DNA of 35,567 nucleotides, taken from Guillardia theta CCMP2712 (taxonomy: Eukaryota; Protista; Cryptophyta). The notes under the pieces were generated by a model, which worked only from the letters and a program-made list of their open reading frames with translations, was not told where the DNA came from and made no database searches. The stretch's first letter is position 1, and each line of letters starts with the position of its first letter. Below are positions 13,360-26,235 of the stretch, piece by piece. A program made the translations under genes and the position numbers. The DNA lies in assembly GCF_000315625.1 (NCBI RefSeq), contig NW_005434436.1, forward strand, positions 23,949 through 59,515, read 5' to 3'.

Positions 13360-16304
13360 ATGAAGGGAGGGATGAGCTCTCTGGGCGCATTCTTTCTGGT
13401 GATTTTGCTGTCTGCCGTTGAGGCGGATATGAGCAAGATGAGCGGGTACGATAGAATGTGATCGAGGCATTATGTGGAACTTATCACCTTGATTGCAGTC
13501 AATCGTCCCCCGATGCTTCTAGCCTTCATTTGAGGAAGAATACTTACAGCTCCATGAGCAGCACGACCATCCAAAACCCCTGCGACAACTGTGATTGGAT
13601 GTGTGAAATGGGATTCTATCTTGACAAGGGAACTTCCCCTTACAACTGGGTTTGCAAACAATGTCCCTCGAACTCTTACTCGAATATGCGAGGAGCACCC
13701 AACGTGTCTTCCTGCAAGTGCAATGCTGGCTACGCTGGGACCGACGGAACTTGCGATGCATGCGCTGCAGGCAAATACTCTTCGGTCTATGGGTTGACTG
13801 CCTGCCTCTCGTGCACAGCTGGTACCAACTTCTCCTCGGCCACTGGAGCAACTACATGCACAGCATGCAACACAACCTGCCCAGCTGGAAGTTATAAGAG
13901 TGGTGATTGCACTGCCTCACAGAACCTGCAATGTGCGACATGCTCGAGTTATCTTACTTATTCTACTTCAGTCAGCGCAAACTCGGGCGCAGCCAGCAGC
14001 GTGTGCGTGTGCGATGCCGGGTACTACTACAACTCTACGAGCTCCACTTGCATCGCCTGCGAGGCAGGGAAGTACAAGTCGGACAAGTCCAACGCTGCAA
14101 TGTGCACTGAATGCAACGCTTCGACGTACTCCATGGCAGGTCAGTCGACTTGCTACTCATGTGCCTCTCCATCTTCTTGCAACACTGGGTATTACTTGGA
14201 TCCGAGCGCGTGTAGCAACTCCCAGTATACGTGCCAGCAGTGCAAAGGAGAAGGTGGACAGCTCTCGGACTCTCCACGGAATTCCTCGACGGACTGCTAT
14301 TGCGGCTTGGGATATTATTACAAGGATGCTACGAATGGATGTACCAAATGTCCTGCAGGCAAATTTGGCAACGAAACCAAACTGACGCAGTGTTATGATT
14401 GCACGGAAGGTGTGAACTACGCTAACGTCGAAGGACTACAATCTTGTATAGCCTGCACGCAATGCAGTGCAACTCAGCAAACTGATCAAACTTGCACTAA
14501 AACTACTCAAGCGTCTTGCCGTACCTGCCCGGCCAACTCTGCGTTGGCTTCAGGCAAATGTACCTGCAATGATGGCTACGCCGGTGATGCCAGCACCAGC
14601 ACCGGGAATTGTACAATGTGTGCAGCTGGCAAATATTCGAATTCTTCTTTCACTACCTGTGTCGATTGTCCTACTGACACTTGGAGCGCTCAAAAAAGTG
14701 GGTCATGCTCTGCTTGCAATCAGACTGTGTCATGTCAATCCGATGAGATCGCATCCTCCACGTGCGATCAAACCACAGGAAGGTATTGTACAAAGACTTG
14801 TTCGGACTCATCCAAGTCTATCTTGAACAGTGTTTGCGTCTGTAAGGCTGGCTACTATCAAAATGCATCTGGGGATAACTGCGTGGCCTGTCCTGCAGGC
14901 AAGTACCAGGGCTCTGAGAACCAAACCACATGCCACACCTGTGATAGTGGAAAGTATGCTGCGGGCAACGGAAATACAATGTGTCACTCGTGTGGATCAC
15001 CATGCGGTGCAGGCAAATATGTGATCACAAACTGTTCGATCACCGCGGATATCAATTGCGGTACTTGCGATGCGGGGAAAACATCCAACAGTGGAGCCAT
15101 GCACGTGTCAGATTGCTACAATTGCTCTGCAGGGTATTACTCAAACGCGGGAGGCTCTTGCATGCAGTGTGCTATTGGAAAGTACAACCCATACCCAGGT
15201 ATGTCGGATTGTCAATCCTGTTTAGCAGGAAATTGGGCACCACCAGGCAGCACGTCGATGGCACACTGCACGAGCACCAGAAGTCTTACGTGCTCGAACA
15301 TTCCTGAATATGCAGTCATCAACCCAGACATCTATTCCTATTACGAGACCTCCTCTAGTTGTTCCATGTGCCCGACTTCTTGCCCATCTGGAAATGCCTT
15401 AAATGGAACATGTGCCGGAAAGGGCGTGCTTGGTTGCATTAGTTGCCCTTCTTCGTGCAAGCTCAATATCTACTTCACTGCAACTACGAACAAGACCACA
15501 CCAACTGTTTTCAACGCTGCTGTGAAAGGATCAACGTCATGGACGGTAACGTCTACCTCGACAGAAAAGGTTTTGATGACCCCGAGCGTAAACTACACCT
15601 TTACAACGTTTGTGACAACGGTGGAGGTATCATCTGGAACAGAGAGTGCGTACTTGAGCTTCTCCAAGTTGAAGGATGAGCTGGCAAAATCTTCGGTGCA
15701 GCTTCTTTCCATCGACAGCTCGATCCAGTACAAGGCGACGTCAACTACCACTCCCGCAACGACTGCGGCGCCAGCTCCCGCCACGACTGCGGCACCTGTC
15801 TATGTGTACATGAGGGGTACAGCGGCGGTCACAGAAGCCCAGTTCAAAGCGAACGAAGCGGATTTCAAGAAAGCCATTACCAATGCAGCTTTGCCAGTGG
15901 TTGTGAGCAATGTCGTCTTGACAATCTTGTCCGTCACAGCGCGAAGGGCAAGCCAGGTGGAATACTCAGCACAACTCCAAGTGGCCAGTGCGGTGAGATG
16001 AGATGCTTTCATCCACCCGTTCAGTTCTGACCGTAATTTCAGAGTGATGCAACCAGTGCGCAGAATAACATTAAGACAAACATTGCAACTGAGATCGCCA
16101 AGGTTTGTATCGATCCTTGTTGAGTTCATTTGTGTTTGCTGATTCCGCTTTACCCAGTATTCTTCGCTATCAGCGTACTCCACTTCCTTCACTTTTTCGG
16201 ATACGCCCTACACAACAACACCATTGGGCGCTGGAAGTCAGATCAAACCCCTTCTCTTCCTCTTCTCACTGAGTTGGATAATTGCAATTAGTCGTTCATT
16301 GTAG
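13360..16304 (+). CDS. Secreted Cys-rich repeat surface protein (ephrin-receptor-like/GCC2-GCC3 and TNFR-like repeats), probable GPI anchor
   Basis: Exon 1 (13360-13445) encodes the signal peptide MSSLGAFFLVILLSAVEA. A 2.5-kb exon (13499-15992) has repeated CxxCxAGKY...C..C and CxCxAGYY units, then a Thr/Ala/Pro linker. Two small 3' exons end ...PLGAGSQIKPLLFLFSLSWIIAISRSL* (small residues then a hydrophobic tail). Confidence 0.88.
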
Positions 16305-17049
16305 ATTTCATGTTGTCAAAATCACACATGATAGTCGTGTAACTGTCCATGGAGATTAATCTAAACCAAGTTTTCCTCTGCACTGATGTTTTCTTGTCGT
16401 CGAAGAGTTTCGAATTTGTCAATGATTGCAAGCAATGTTCAGCACGTTATATTAGCTCTTTGCGCGTTGACCAGGTTCTTGTTATGCTGTTGTTCGTAGC
16501 ATTTACTTTGCAAATATTACATCGATGGATAAGAGCAGATTGAACACCCTCACGCACGTCTCACTCTTAGATTGATTCGAACTAGTTCACTTGCGATCAG
16601 CTTGAGGAAAGCGCGCGTAACTCGTAAAGTAGGAAGGAAGCACTCGAATAGGTCCAAATGATCATTGTGGTTGAAGTACAAAACAAGTCGCAACGATTTA
16701 GGCAAGATAGTCAATATGTAGCCGGTACTGAAAGATTTCTGTCTCTATCACCCTCACTGAGCCTTCATCGTCGGACGCTCAAACAACTATCTTTGGATCC
16801 TGCCTATCGTGACTTGAACAGACAAGACAGTCAAAGATGTCAATGACCGTCGTCGGCATTATCACGATTGTGATAACAGCTCATGTCGGAACTTTCAACA
16901 CTACTCGTCCATATTCCTCGTCCACCTCCTCTCCCAACCCCATTCTACCTCTCTGTCTCCTGCTCATCAATATCGAAGTCTCCAGCACTGTCACGTTGCC
17001 GGATTGATGAATTCATCGCGTTCCTCATCCTCCACCACCACAATCATCC

Positions 17050-17173
17050 TGCCTCTGCTCCTGCTCCTGCTCCTGCTCCTGCTCGTGCTCATGTTCGTGC
17101 TCGTGCTCGTGCTCTCGCTCGTGCTCTCGCTCGTGCTCTTGCTCCTGCTCTGGCTCCTTCCTACTCGTGCCCC

Positions 17174-17207
<34 letters not shown>

Positions 17208-17459
17208 TCTTCTCCTGCTCCTTATATCACCATTCACATCATCATCCTCATCACCATCCTCCTCCTCCTCCTCCTCCTCCTCCTCCTCCTCCTCCTCCTC
17301 CTGCTCTATAGCCTTGCTCCTGGTCCTGGTCGTGCTCGTGCTCGTGCTCGTGCTTCTTCTCCTGCTCCTGCTCCGTGTCCTGCTTGTGCTCCGTGTCCTG
17401 CTCCATCTCCATCTCCTGCTCCTGCTCGTGCTCATGTTCGTGCTCGTGTTCGTGCTCTC

Positions 17460-17493
<34 letters not shown>

Positions 17494-17535
17494 TGTCCCC
17501 TTCCTTTTTCTCCTCCTCCTCCTCCTCCTCATCTC
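17050..17535. repeat. Degenerate hexamer (GCTCCT/GCTCGT)n plus (CCT)n low-complexity array with an internal duplication
   Basis: Direct reading. The unit GCTCGTGCTCATGTTCGTGCTCGTG occurs near 17081 and 17424. Confidence 0.9.
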
Positions 17536-17834
17536 CGTAGCAACCATGCAGGGTTGTGCAAACTTCGCACGTATGACAGTTTCTTGACAGCAAAAACTTG
17601 TTATATATTTGGTACCAACGTGTTATTGACTTTAGATATGTACCAGGATCGATCGGTATTGCAGTACTACTTGCTCGTTCTTTGTAGAAGTTTCTCCGAA
17701 ACTCCGCTACCTCATATATTAGTCAAATAAGATATATAAATTTATGCTGTACCATGTTCTTAAACAATATAACGTTCGTTATAAATTGAAATGACGATCT
17801 GCGACAAGGGAATGGAAAAGCGAGAGAGCGGGAG

Positions 17835-17940
17835 AGGGAGAGGGAGGGAAGGAGGGAGGGAGGGAGGGAGGGAGGGAGGGAGGGAGGGAGGGAGGGAGGG
17901 AGGGAGGGAGGGAGGGAGGGAGAGAGAGAGAGAGAGAGGG
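17835..17940. repeat. (GGGA)n/(GA)n microsatellite
   Basis: Direct reading. Confidence 0.9.
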
Positions 17941-18603
17941 GAGGAGAGGAGAGTGAAGAACCGACTGGTCATGAGAGAGGGTGAGGGAGGGAAACTGATA
18001 GACCTGTGAAGAGCTGTGGGAGGTCCAGGGAAGGAGGGGGAGGCGCTCTTTCTCCTCCTGTATATCTTTCCAAGCGCTGTTTCCCTCTAACTGGACATCT
18101 CTCTTCACTCTCCCCGGAATCATCTCCCGCTCTTGCTGGGGTGGGCGCACCACCCCGCTGCCTCACCTCATCNNNNNNNNNNNNNNNNNNNNNNNNNNNN
18201 NNNNNNNNNNNNNNNNNNNNNNNNNNNNNNNNNNNNNNNNNNNNNNNNNNNNNNNNNNNNNNNNNNNNNNNNACAGCCGCTGCTGCCGCAGCTGCACCCC
18301 GCTCGCTCCCATTCGGAGTTTTCCTCAGAACTCTTATCAGCACTTCCGGTTTCAATGCTCTGACCGCTCTAGATAGAGGCTCACGGCTCCTATCACGGTT
18401 CACGTTTGTTTCCTCTGGCACTCGACCACTTCATCTCCATTGCGAACCTGAGGATCCTTTGAATGAATACATGAACTGGTTCTCCCCCCCCGTCTCCCCC
18501 CTCCCCCCCTCCTCCTTCTATCTGTATCGGTTGTTGTGTACTCAGCTTCACTGAATCTGCATGACCGTGGCTTTTCCCTAGGTCCTTGTGATACCTGAGC
18601 ATC

Positions 18604-19468
18604 ATGCTCTGGGACGTGGTGAGACTCCCGTCGGACGACGCCATGTCCTGGTGCTCGAGCTCGACGGCCTCGGAGGATGCGTTCGACAACTACGTGCCCC
18701 AAGCGCTGGTCGATGTGGATCAAAGTGCTCCATGCCAGTTTGCAAGCATGGAGTGCATCAGGAACTCCAACTTCACCGTGCTGGCAGACATCGGCTTCTT
18801 CTCGCCCGAGGGATCAAGCTCCCCGAGTGAAGTCTCCTCGCCACCGCTCAAAGGCTCTTCCCCTCACCAGGGCCTGTCGATGATGTTCGAGAAGATCTTT
18901 CCCATCTCCACCTTGCAGATCATGCGAAGAATATCCAACCCTCCGACCTCCTTCGCCTCTCCTTCCGGCGGCGGGCAGGGGCGTGACGGTGAGACAGGAG
19001 GCTTGTGGTGGGCTGTGACTGCTCTTGGTGGTGACGGGACGGCAGCGCTGAAGGGGGAACTCTATGACGAGAAAGGGATCATCAGCGAGTCAGTCTTGTA
19101 CTATATCATCCATGGCAGCCGGAGCAAGGAGGAGGGTCAACAGCTCTTCGAGCATGCGACGGTTCTGTCGGAGGAGAGAAGGAGAGCGAGGGAGACGGAG
19201 GGGGACGGGGAGAGGCAGGGGAAGGTAGGGAAGTTGTGGGGGATACGGGAGGGGAATCGGGAGGGAGGAAGGAAGTGGGAAGGAGGAGGAGAGGGAGGAG
19301 GGGCGACAAATGCAGGAGCAGGGTTGCATCAAGGGTTATCGATACAGCTGCAGTGTGCAGCTGATCGAGGGATGGTGGAGAAGCAGGGTACAAGAGGCGA
19401 TCTAGAGGGAGCTGGGCTGGAGCTGGGCAAGGAGGAGACTAAGGAGTGTGGCAAGGGGAAGGCGATAA
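18604..19468 (+). CDS. Hypothetical protein
   Basis: Non-repetitive coding-like ORF from the ATG at 18604 (MLWDVVRLPSDD...LYYIIHGSRSKEEGQQLFEHAT). A probable purine-rich intron at 19162-19405 leads to RELGWSWARRRLRSVARGRR*. Unspliced, the ORF runs to 19713. No family recognised. Confidence 0.45.
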
Positions 19469-20026
19469 GGCGGTCGCAGATGGTGGAGAGGGAGAAGCTG
19501 AAACCGAATCCTTCGCGTCCCCCGATCGTTCCCTTGCTCCACCTCCGCCTTCAGGAGGAGGAGCAGGAGGAGCAGGAGGAGCAGGAGGAGCAGGAGAGGG
19601 CATGTATCTGGAGAACAGAAATCCCAGTCAGCAGCACGATTCTGTTCTGGAGAAGAGCAGGATTGCACAGCAGCAGCAGCAGCAGCAGCCGAAGGCTGTC
19701 ATCCCCGACGTAGGAGCGCGTGTCAACCCAGTGGCCATCGCCTCTTGCCCTCTGGTCGAGAAGCCGAAGGACAACAGCAGGTCGCTTCCTTCTCACCCTC
19801 GTGCTGCCCCCCGGCGCTGTGTTGGAGTTGCCTCGCACATCTACATCTCCCAGCCTGCTCACCGGCCGAGCATCGTCCCTCCTCTCAGCCTCTCGCGGGT
19901 ACAGACAGAAGGATGTTGATTTAATGCACAGAAAGCAGCAGGTGCGCTGCAGTACGGAGAAAGTTGACTCCTCCTCCTCCTCCTCCTCCTCCCTTCTATC
20001 GGAACCCCTGGAAGGATCATCGTGAG

Positions 20027-23000
20027 TCACAGCAGAGGAGGATCACAGAGTACGAGGAAGTTCAGGAGGTGAGGCAGAGGATGAGAGAGGCTGAGGACGT
20101 GTAGGTCCACCTGAGAGTGCTGGGAAGGGCGGGCGGCACGAGGATTGAGCATGTCCTCCCTCGAGTGGCTGTTTCCAAGATCAAAGTCACCCTCCTCCTC
20201 CTCCTCCTTCTCCTCCTCTCAGTCCTCCTCCTCTCAGTCCTCCTCCTCTCAGTCCTCCTCCCCCATCACCCTCGCAAACTCACCAGATGTCGCGGAAGCC
20301 CATGTCCTCTCCCTCCAGCCACGACCTGATCGCCCTGTAGTACCCGACGTAGCCGAGGAGGACGGCGGAGAGTCCGATGGTGATGGCGAGGATGGCGACG
20401 ACGAACCAGGTCTTGCGGTACTTGCGGGAGACATGGTGGATGGCTGTGTTGCCGATGCTCGCTGCCACCGTCCGACGAGGGTGAAGAAGATGGCGTAGTC
20501 GAGCTTGAGCCGACCGAGGAAGAGATACTGCATGGTGGTCGAGGAGGACGTGAAGAGAACCATGAGCCCCGTCGTCGCCACGCTCACCACAGGGTTCAAC
20601 CCCACCTGGAGTCCAGCATGTCAGCTGGGGCAGCAGCGCGCGCTCCCTATGCTTGCCTGCAGCAGCAGCGGCCCCAGCAGCGTCCCAGCAGCGATACCCA
20701 GCGCTCCCGCGAGGATGCCAACGATGATGCTGACGAAGGGGAAGATGCGAACGTGCTGAACGTCCCACACCGCATCTCCTTCTGCATGCGCGGCATCAGT
20801 GAGAAGGGCAGAGGAGGAGAGGAGAGGAGAAAGAGCGAGAGGGAGGGGGGGAAGGGAAGAAGGAGGGGGAAGGGAGGGACATGGGAATAGATCAGAGCAG
20901 GCAGAGGAAGGCCGAGACAGACGGAACCAAGGAGTAGTTTCAATCCTCACCAGCAAATCGATACCCACAGGCTTTCTTCGACTCGAACTTCTCGTTCAGC
21001 GACGTTCCTGCACCCGAACACATCAGCCTGTCCGACCCAACCATTTCACCCACCGCCCTCCCTTTCCCTCTTTTCTCCATCCTCCTCTCTCCCTTCTGGT
21101 CCGTCACATCTGACATCCCTTCCCTTCCCCCACCTCTCCCACTCATCCTATCCTCACTCCCCTCTCGTCTGTACTCCTCCCCTCCCCTCCCCCCCCTCCC
21201 CCCTCCCGCTCCCTCATTCCCTAAGCCTCCTGCTCTCATCCCAGCTCGCTCTCAGTCTCACCGACTCGCCATGACAGGATCATGACGATGGGAAACGGCA
21301 GCAGCGCGACCATCCAGAAGGACCAGCTGCCGCAGGCCTGCCGGGGAAATCAGCGACAGCACGGGCAGAGCTAGAGAAGAGACCACAAACTGGTTGGGAC
21401 CACTTCCCCCCTTGATCAGAGAGCACACGGCGACCTGTTTGTACTGTGAGCATGCGGGAGAGGAGGAGGAGAGGATGAGGGGAAGGACTCGTGGAGTGCA
21501 GGTCGAGGGAGGGGAGAGGGGAGAGGAGGAGGGAGGAAGCAGGGCGGGAGGAGGAGGAGAGGAGGATGAAGGGAGGAGCAAGGGAGTCGATACAGCGAGT
21601 GTGCTAAGGAGTGAAAGAGGGGAGGAGAAGGAAGACAGCTGAAGGCAAAAGGGGGGAGGATGGCAGACCAGAATCCAAGAGATGACGATCATCCCGATGG
21701 CCTTGAAGTCATGCCTCGACTCAGCCTGCACGCCCAGCTCAACCCCAGCAGAGATGTAGCAGAGGCAGGTGAACCTTGATGATCTCCCGCAGCTGCGGCT
21801 CCAGCTTGTCCTCGTCGAAGCTTGACACAACTTGTCAGACCCTCTCCTCGCCTTCCTCGCCCTCCTCCTCGTCCTCTTTCTCTTCCTCTTCATCCTCGTT
21901 TTCTTGCTCACCCTCCAATTCCTTATTGCCCTAAACCTCCTCGTCCTCCTCCTCCTCCCATGCCTTATGATCGATACCTGTAGTGCTGTGCTGGCTGCTC
22001 CTTCCTCTCGCCGAGCAGAGGCTCCCTCTCCGGCAACGACTTCAACACCTCCTCCACGTAAATCGCCCAGGCTTTCTTCGCTGCGATGGCGAAACTGTAG
22101 CCGAGGGAGACGACGAGCCCCAGCGTGACGAGCCATGCAGGAGAGACGGCGTTGAGGAACACGCCGAGGATGGTGCCTATGAGAAGGCTGGGCACGAGGA
22201 TCTGCAGGGAGTCGTAATCGACGAGCGGGCGATTGGCAAAGGGATGGCGACGTTGGATGTTGATGAGGTTGTTGGCGATCGCGCCGCCGAGGATAGTGGC
22301 CTTGGAGAGCGGGATAGCAGAGTGAGGAGAGAAATGGCCGATGATCATGTACATTGGAACCAAGATGCCTCCTCCTCCTGTCCCTGTCGGGGCAGCGAGA
22401 GCGATGGTGACGAAGGTAATGACAGTGATCCAGGCATCCTCCGTGGTGAAGGGGAAGAAGAGGGGCTTGTGCTTGCAGACAGCGAAGGGGTAAGGGCTCT
22501 CAGTCCACCCGAAGTGCGAGGAGGAGCTGTTCTGAAAGCACTGCCGTGCAGAGTTCCTCACTTGGCACTCGTGGGTGGCCTCGCAGGCCGAGCAGGTGCC
22601 GCTGCGGCAGATTAGGTAGCTCTTGCAGTTGAAGTGATGCTTGCACGGCTCGCCGAAGTCACTCTGCAGCAGACTTTGCGTCCTCTGACCCCCATCCTCG
22701 TCCTCATCCTCCTCGCTCCAGCTGAGCAGAGCTCGTCTGAGGGGCTGCTGTACCTCCTTCCGCGAGTGAAAGCTTACGGACGATAGTTCCTCTCCTTCCA
22801 CAGTCTGGAAGCCAAGAAGCTGACACACCATGGTGAGCGCGCAAAACGAAGCCGAAGTGAAGAGGAAGGAAAGAAAGAGAGCGAGTGGGACGGGGTGATG
22901 GATAAGGAGGGCAAGGGGAAAAAGGGCGAGGGGAGAGCGAAGGGGAGGGAGCGGAGGAGAAGTCGAGGAGGAGGAGGAGGGAGAGGAGGTGTTGGGAGGG

Positions 23001-23166
23001 TTGGAGCATCAACAAAATTCCTCACCGCCCGAGCAGATCCATCCAGCGCCCCACACGCGATGACGACGAGCATGAGAGCAGCAGGGGAGAGAATTTTCCA
23101 TCTTCTATCACGATGAGAGTGCGGGAGGTACTGGGAGGAGCACTCCACTCCACCTCCCGCCGACAT
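20027..23166 (-). CDS. TauE/SafE (TSUP, sulfite exporter) family membrane transporter
   Basis: Motifs GTGGGGILVP, AIPLSKATILGGAIAN, RPLVDYD, LLIGTILGV, second repeat GILAGALGIAAGTLLGPLLL, PVVSVATTGLMVLFTSSSTTMQY and C-terminal MGFRDIC. About 10 exons, one GC donor, a 1-nt frameshift near 20471. Start and last exon are approximate. Confidence 0.9.
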
Positions 23167-23689
23167 GACGGGAACGGTTGCCAGGGACAGCGCAGGTGAG
23201 GCGAGCTGAGAGTTGTAGAAGGGGAGAGCAGAGCCTGAAAGGTTCACGTTACCATCCTAACTGCGCATGTCTGCACATCTAACGCTCCTCTCGTACTTCT
23301 TGGTGCCTTCCGTTCTTAACCTTCCTCAGCATCCCCATACCATCTCCATCACCGAATCTCCTTCAGCCCTCTCCCCTCCCTGCTCACTCCATAGACGCGC
23401 AGCCCTGCCATACCTCTTTCTTATTCCAAATGTGAGGAGCGCTTCACTCTCCCTCCCCCTACCCTCCCTGCTATCCCCCCTTCCCCTCTCCTCGCTACCT
23501 CTCCTCCTCCCCACTCTCTCCTCTCCTCTCTACCTCCCTCGCTCCCCCACTCCCTTCTCCCCTCCCCTCCTCTCCTAGTCTCCTGCTCTGCATTTTCTTC
23601 GAAGGGTCAGGCAGCGCTGCCATGGCTCCTCGACCACCAGGCCCATCCTTCTCAACTGCCTCCCCCCCTCTCATACTCCAGTACTGAGG

Positions 23690-24060
23690 CGGACTCGATT
23701 CATAACCTAGGCTCGGCGGCGGCCCGGCGGAGTCACTCAGGGCCGGGCATGATGCCAGTGACGGAGCCCTCCGAGTCACAGAGTCAAGCCCTGGCATGAT
23801 CCAAATCATATTGTGTGTACAGATCCGGCGACCGGGCCGGGCCGCGGACCGTACGGTCAAAGACTCGCAGACGGTCCGGCGAGGCCTGTGAGGCCGGGGC
23901 ACCGTGGGGCCAAAGCCAAGAAGTTGGCCCCGCTGCCCGGCCGCCGGGTGCCCGGCCCGGCGGCGCGGCGGCCGCTCCGAGTCCGTCAAGCCTACCGGGC
24001 AACGGTCACATCCGAGTCGGAGCGCCCGGCCGCGAAAGTTTGTACCCGGCCGCGAGGCTT
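23690..24060. promoter_or_regulatory. GC/CCGG-rich island between divergent genes
   Basis: CCGG-dense with GAGTCA at 23730, 23773 and 23781. Abruptly followed by an AT-rich tract (24060-24200). Lies between the 5' ends of TauE (-) and cyclin (+). Confidence 0.5.
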
Positions 24061-24958
24061 TTATAAGTTTAATTCTAGGGGTAGCACCTCAATACTCTTT
24101 TTGCTATGTAATTAATATAGTGACTAATAAATCTGTATACAATATTGAAAGTTATACAGACTGAAAAGATTATAGTGACTAACACTAAAATATATTTAAA
24201 TACCGGTCACACACCCCTCCAAACAAAAGTCTTTGTAGCCGGGGTGGGGTACTGTTGTACCCCTGTATATTCCCATGATTGTGAGGGTCAAGTACGGGTA
24301 GTCGGATCACCAAAAATGTGCTGATGCTACTTCCCGCCTCCTTTCCCCTACCTAACCTACCTACCCCTGGTGTGAAGGAAATGTACATCTACCACCCCAC
24401 TTCCTTCTTAATATACCCACCCTTGACCTATTATTGTATGGGATAGTACCGGGTGTGATATAGTACCCCACCTAATCTTAATGGAGCAAGGCCTACCCAC
24501 CCCCAATCGAAGGGCAATTTCCCGCGCGATGGGATCTACATATGTGAGAGGAACGTAGGGACGGAGGGAGGCGGAGAAGGCAGAGCACGATGGTTGGAGG
24601 GCCGAGAAGGCCAGTAGGACAGGGGATTCATGGAGGACAGGGATGATAGGAGGATAAGGAGGATAGGATGGTTTACGGTAGGAGCACATGTACCCCTCAG
24701 AAAGTTGAAAATCGAAAGTTCTGTAAGCTCTCAGTTCATTCTTCATTACTTTGTTCAGCCGTATGAAATGATAACAGAAATGGTTGTGGACGGTATGGCT
24801 AGGTTTTGTTGTGAAATTTTCGTGAATAGATACATCAGACCTATTAAATGAATAATGGTTGAATATCACTTTATGCCATGGTTCGAAACAAGTTGGATGT
24901 TGCACGTTTGTTTGATATCAGAGCATGTTCTTATGGTGATTCTCAGGCAATACTTTTC

Positions 24959-26139
24959 ATGATGGATGTGGACAACATGCCCAGCTTATCTCTAGTCGCC
25001 GACGAGCCAGTGAACGAAGGATGCTGTGTCTCTCCATTGAAAAGATCAATGGATGACTCAGTGTTTGATCATCTGAACTACAAACGTCAGAGGCAAACTG
25101 ACATTGACGACACAAGTTCGGATGCTTCTACGGACAGGAATGAAGAAGATGCTTATCTTGACATTGTTTTCTTGAACAAGGACCTTGATTACCTCAAGAA
25201 GATACAAAGACTTAATCCGGAATTTGATCCGCACAACAAGTTTGTAAACTATAGGTATAACACAATCCACTACATGTCTGGAGTCTGTCGAAGTCTAGCG
25301 CTGAAATCCTTGACTCTCCACCGAGCTGTAAACTATCTTGATCGCCTCATGGGATCAGACGATTTTCCCACCTCTCTCCACAGGCTCGCGGCATCTGCCT
25401 GCGTGCTGGTTGCTGGTAACCTTTACCTTGTGTTTGGAGGCGAGCACATGACGACTTGTCGCAGCCAAGTTTGAAGAGCATCCGTCGAAGGTCCCAAGAG
25501 TCGACCAAGTGATGGAGATGATAACGGGAATAGGAAGCAAGGATCAGCTGCTAGCAGCAGAGAAACTCCTCCTCCAAAAGCTGAACTGGAACGCTTCTTG
25601 CGCCACACACCTTCATTTTTCCCACTGCTTCATGCATCATGGTGTATCGCATCATTGCGATACTAGACATGGAAGGCCATTGAGCCCGGAGAACATAATC
25701 AGGATCACTAGTCTCATGGAGAGGATCGCCACTGGCGTCTGTCTTCCAGGTGAGAAGGCTGCATGCCCGTCGTCTCTTCGTCGGCTGACTTTCTGCCAGA
25801 TTATTCCTTTGTGCAGCACGACCAGGCACTGGTGGCCTCTGCTGGGTTGGCTGCAGCGCGCAGCATGGTCGGGGTCGATGAGGTCTGGCCGCGTCAGTTA
25901 GCGTCACGGACTGGATATTCCATGGAGGAGATCAAGGTGTGCGTGCAGCAGATCTTGTTGCAACAAGACAGGCTGTGCATTCCAAGGTTTACCAGCCTGG
26001 ACCGAGATGTTCTTGAGGTGAGAGCATGCTGCAAGAGTGGTTGGGAGAGTGGTCAAGTTGGATTCCTGACTCAATTCCGCAGAAGAATCTCAGCTCATCA
26101 CCGAAGTGCGTTGCGCTGGTCAGTGAAAGTTGGGACTAG
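24959..26139 (+). CDS. Cyclin (cyclin J-like), 4 exons
   Basis: Cyclin box YRYNTIHYM..TLHRAVNYLDR..LAASACVLVAAKFEE..EKLLLQKLNW and C-terminal fold ALVASAGLAAAR..WPRQLASRTGYS. Three ~50-nt GT-AG introns. The J-like call rests on resemblance of the KFEExxxKVP and WP..L...T.YS segments. Confidence 0.9.
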
Positions 26140-26235
26140 TATGTTTGATTTGTTTGTCTTCATGATTCTGTTTCATTAGTAAATCTGTCTAGCCGAGACC
26201 TGCCCCTCAATCTATGGTACCAAGAAAATTCATGC

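Noticed and set aside
16883-17730. Ala-Arg, Cys-Ser and Glu-His dipeptide ORFs (also 33645-34379)
   Set aside because: Hexamer simple repeats open in all frames, with no splice or start context.
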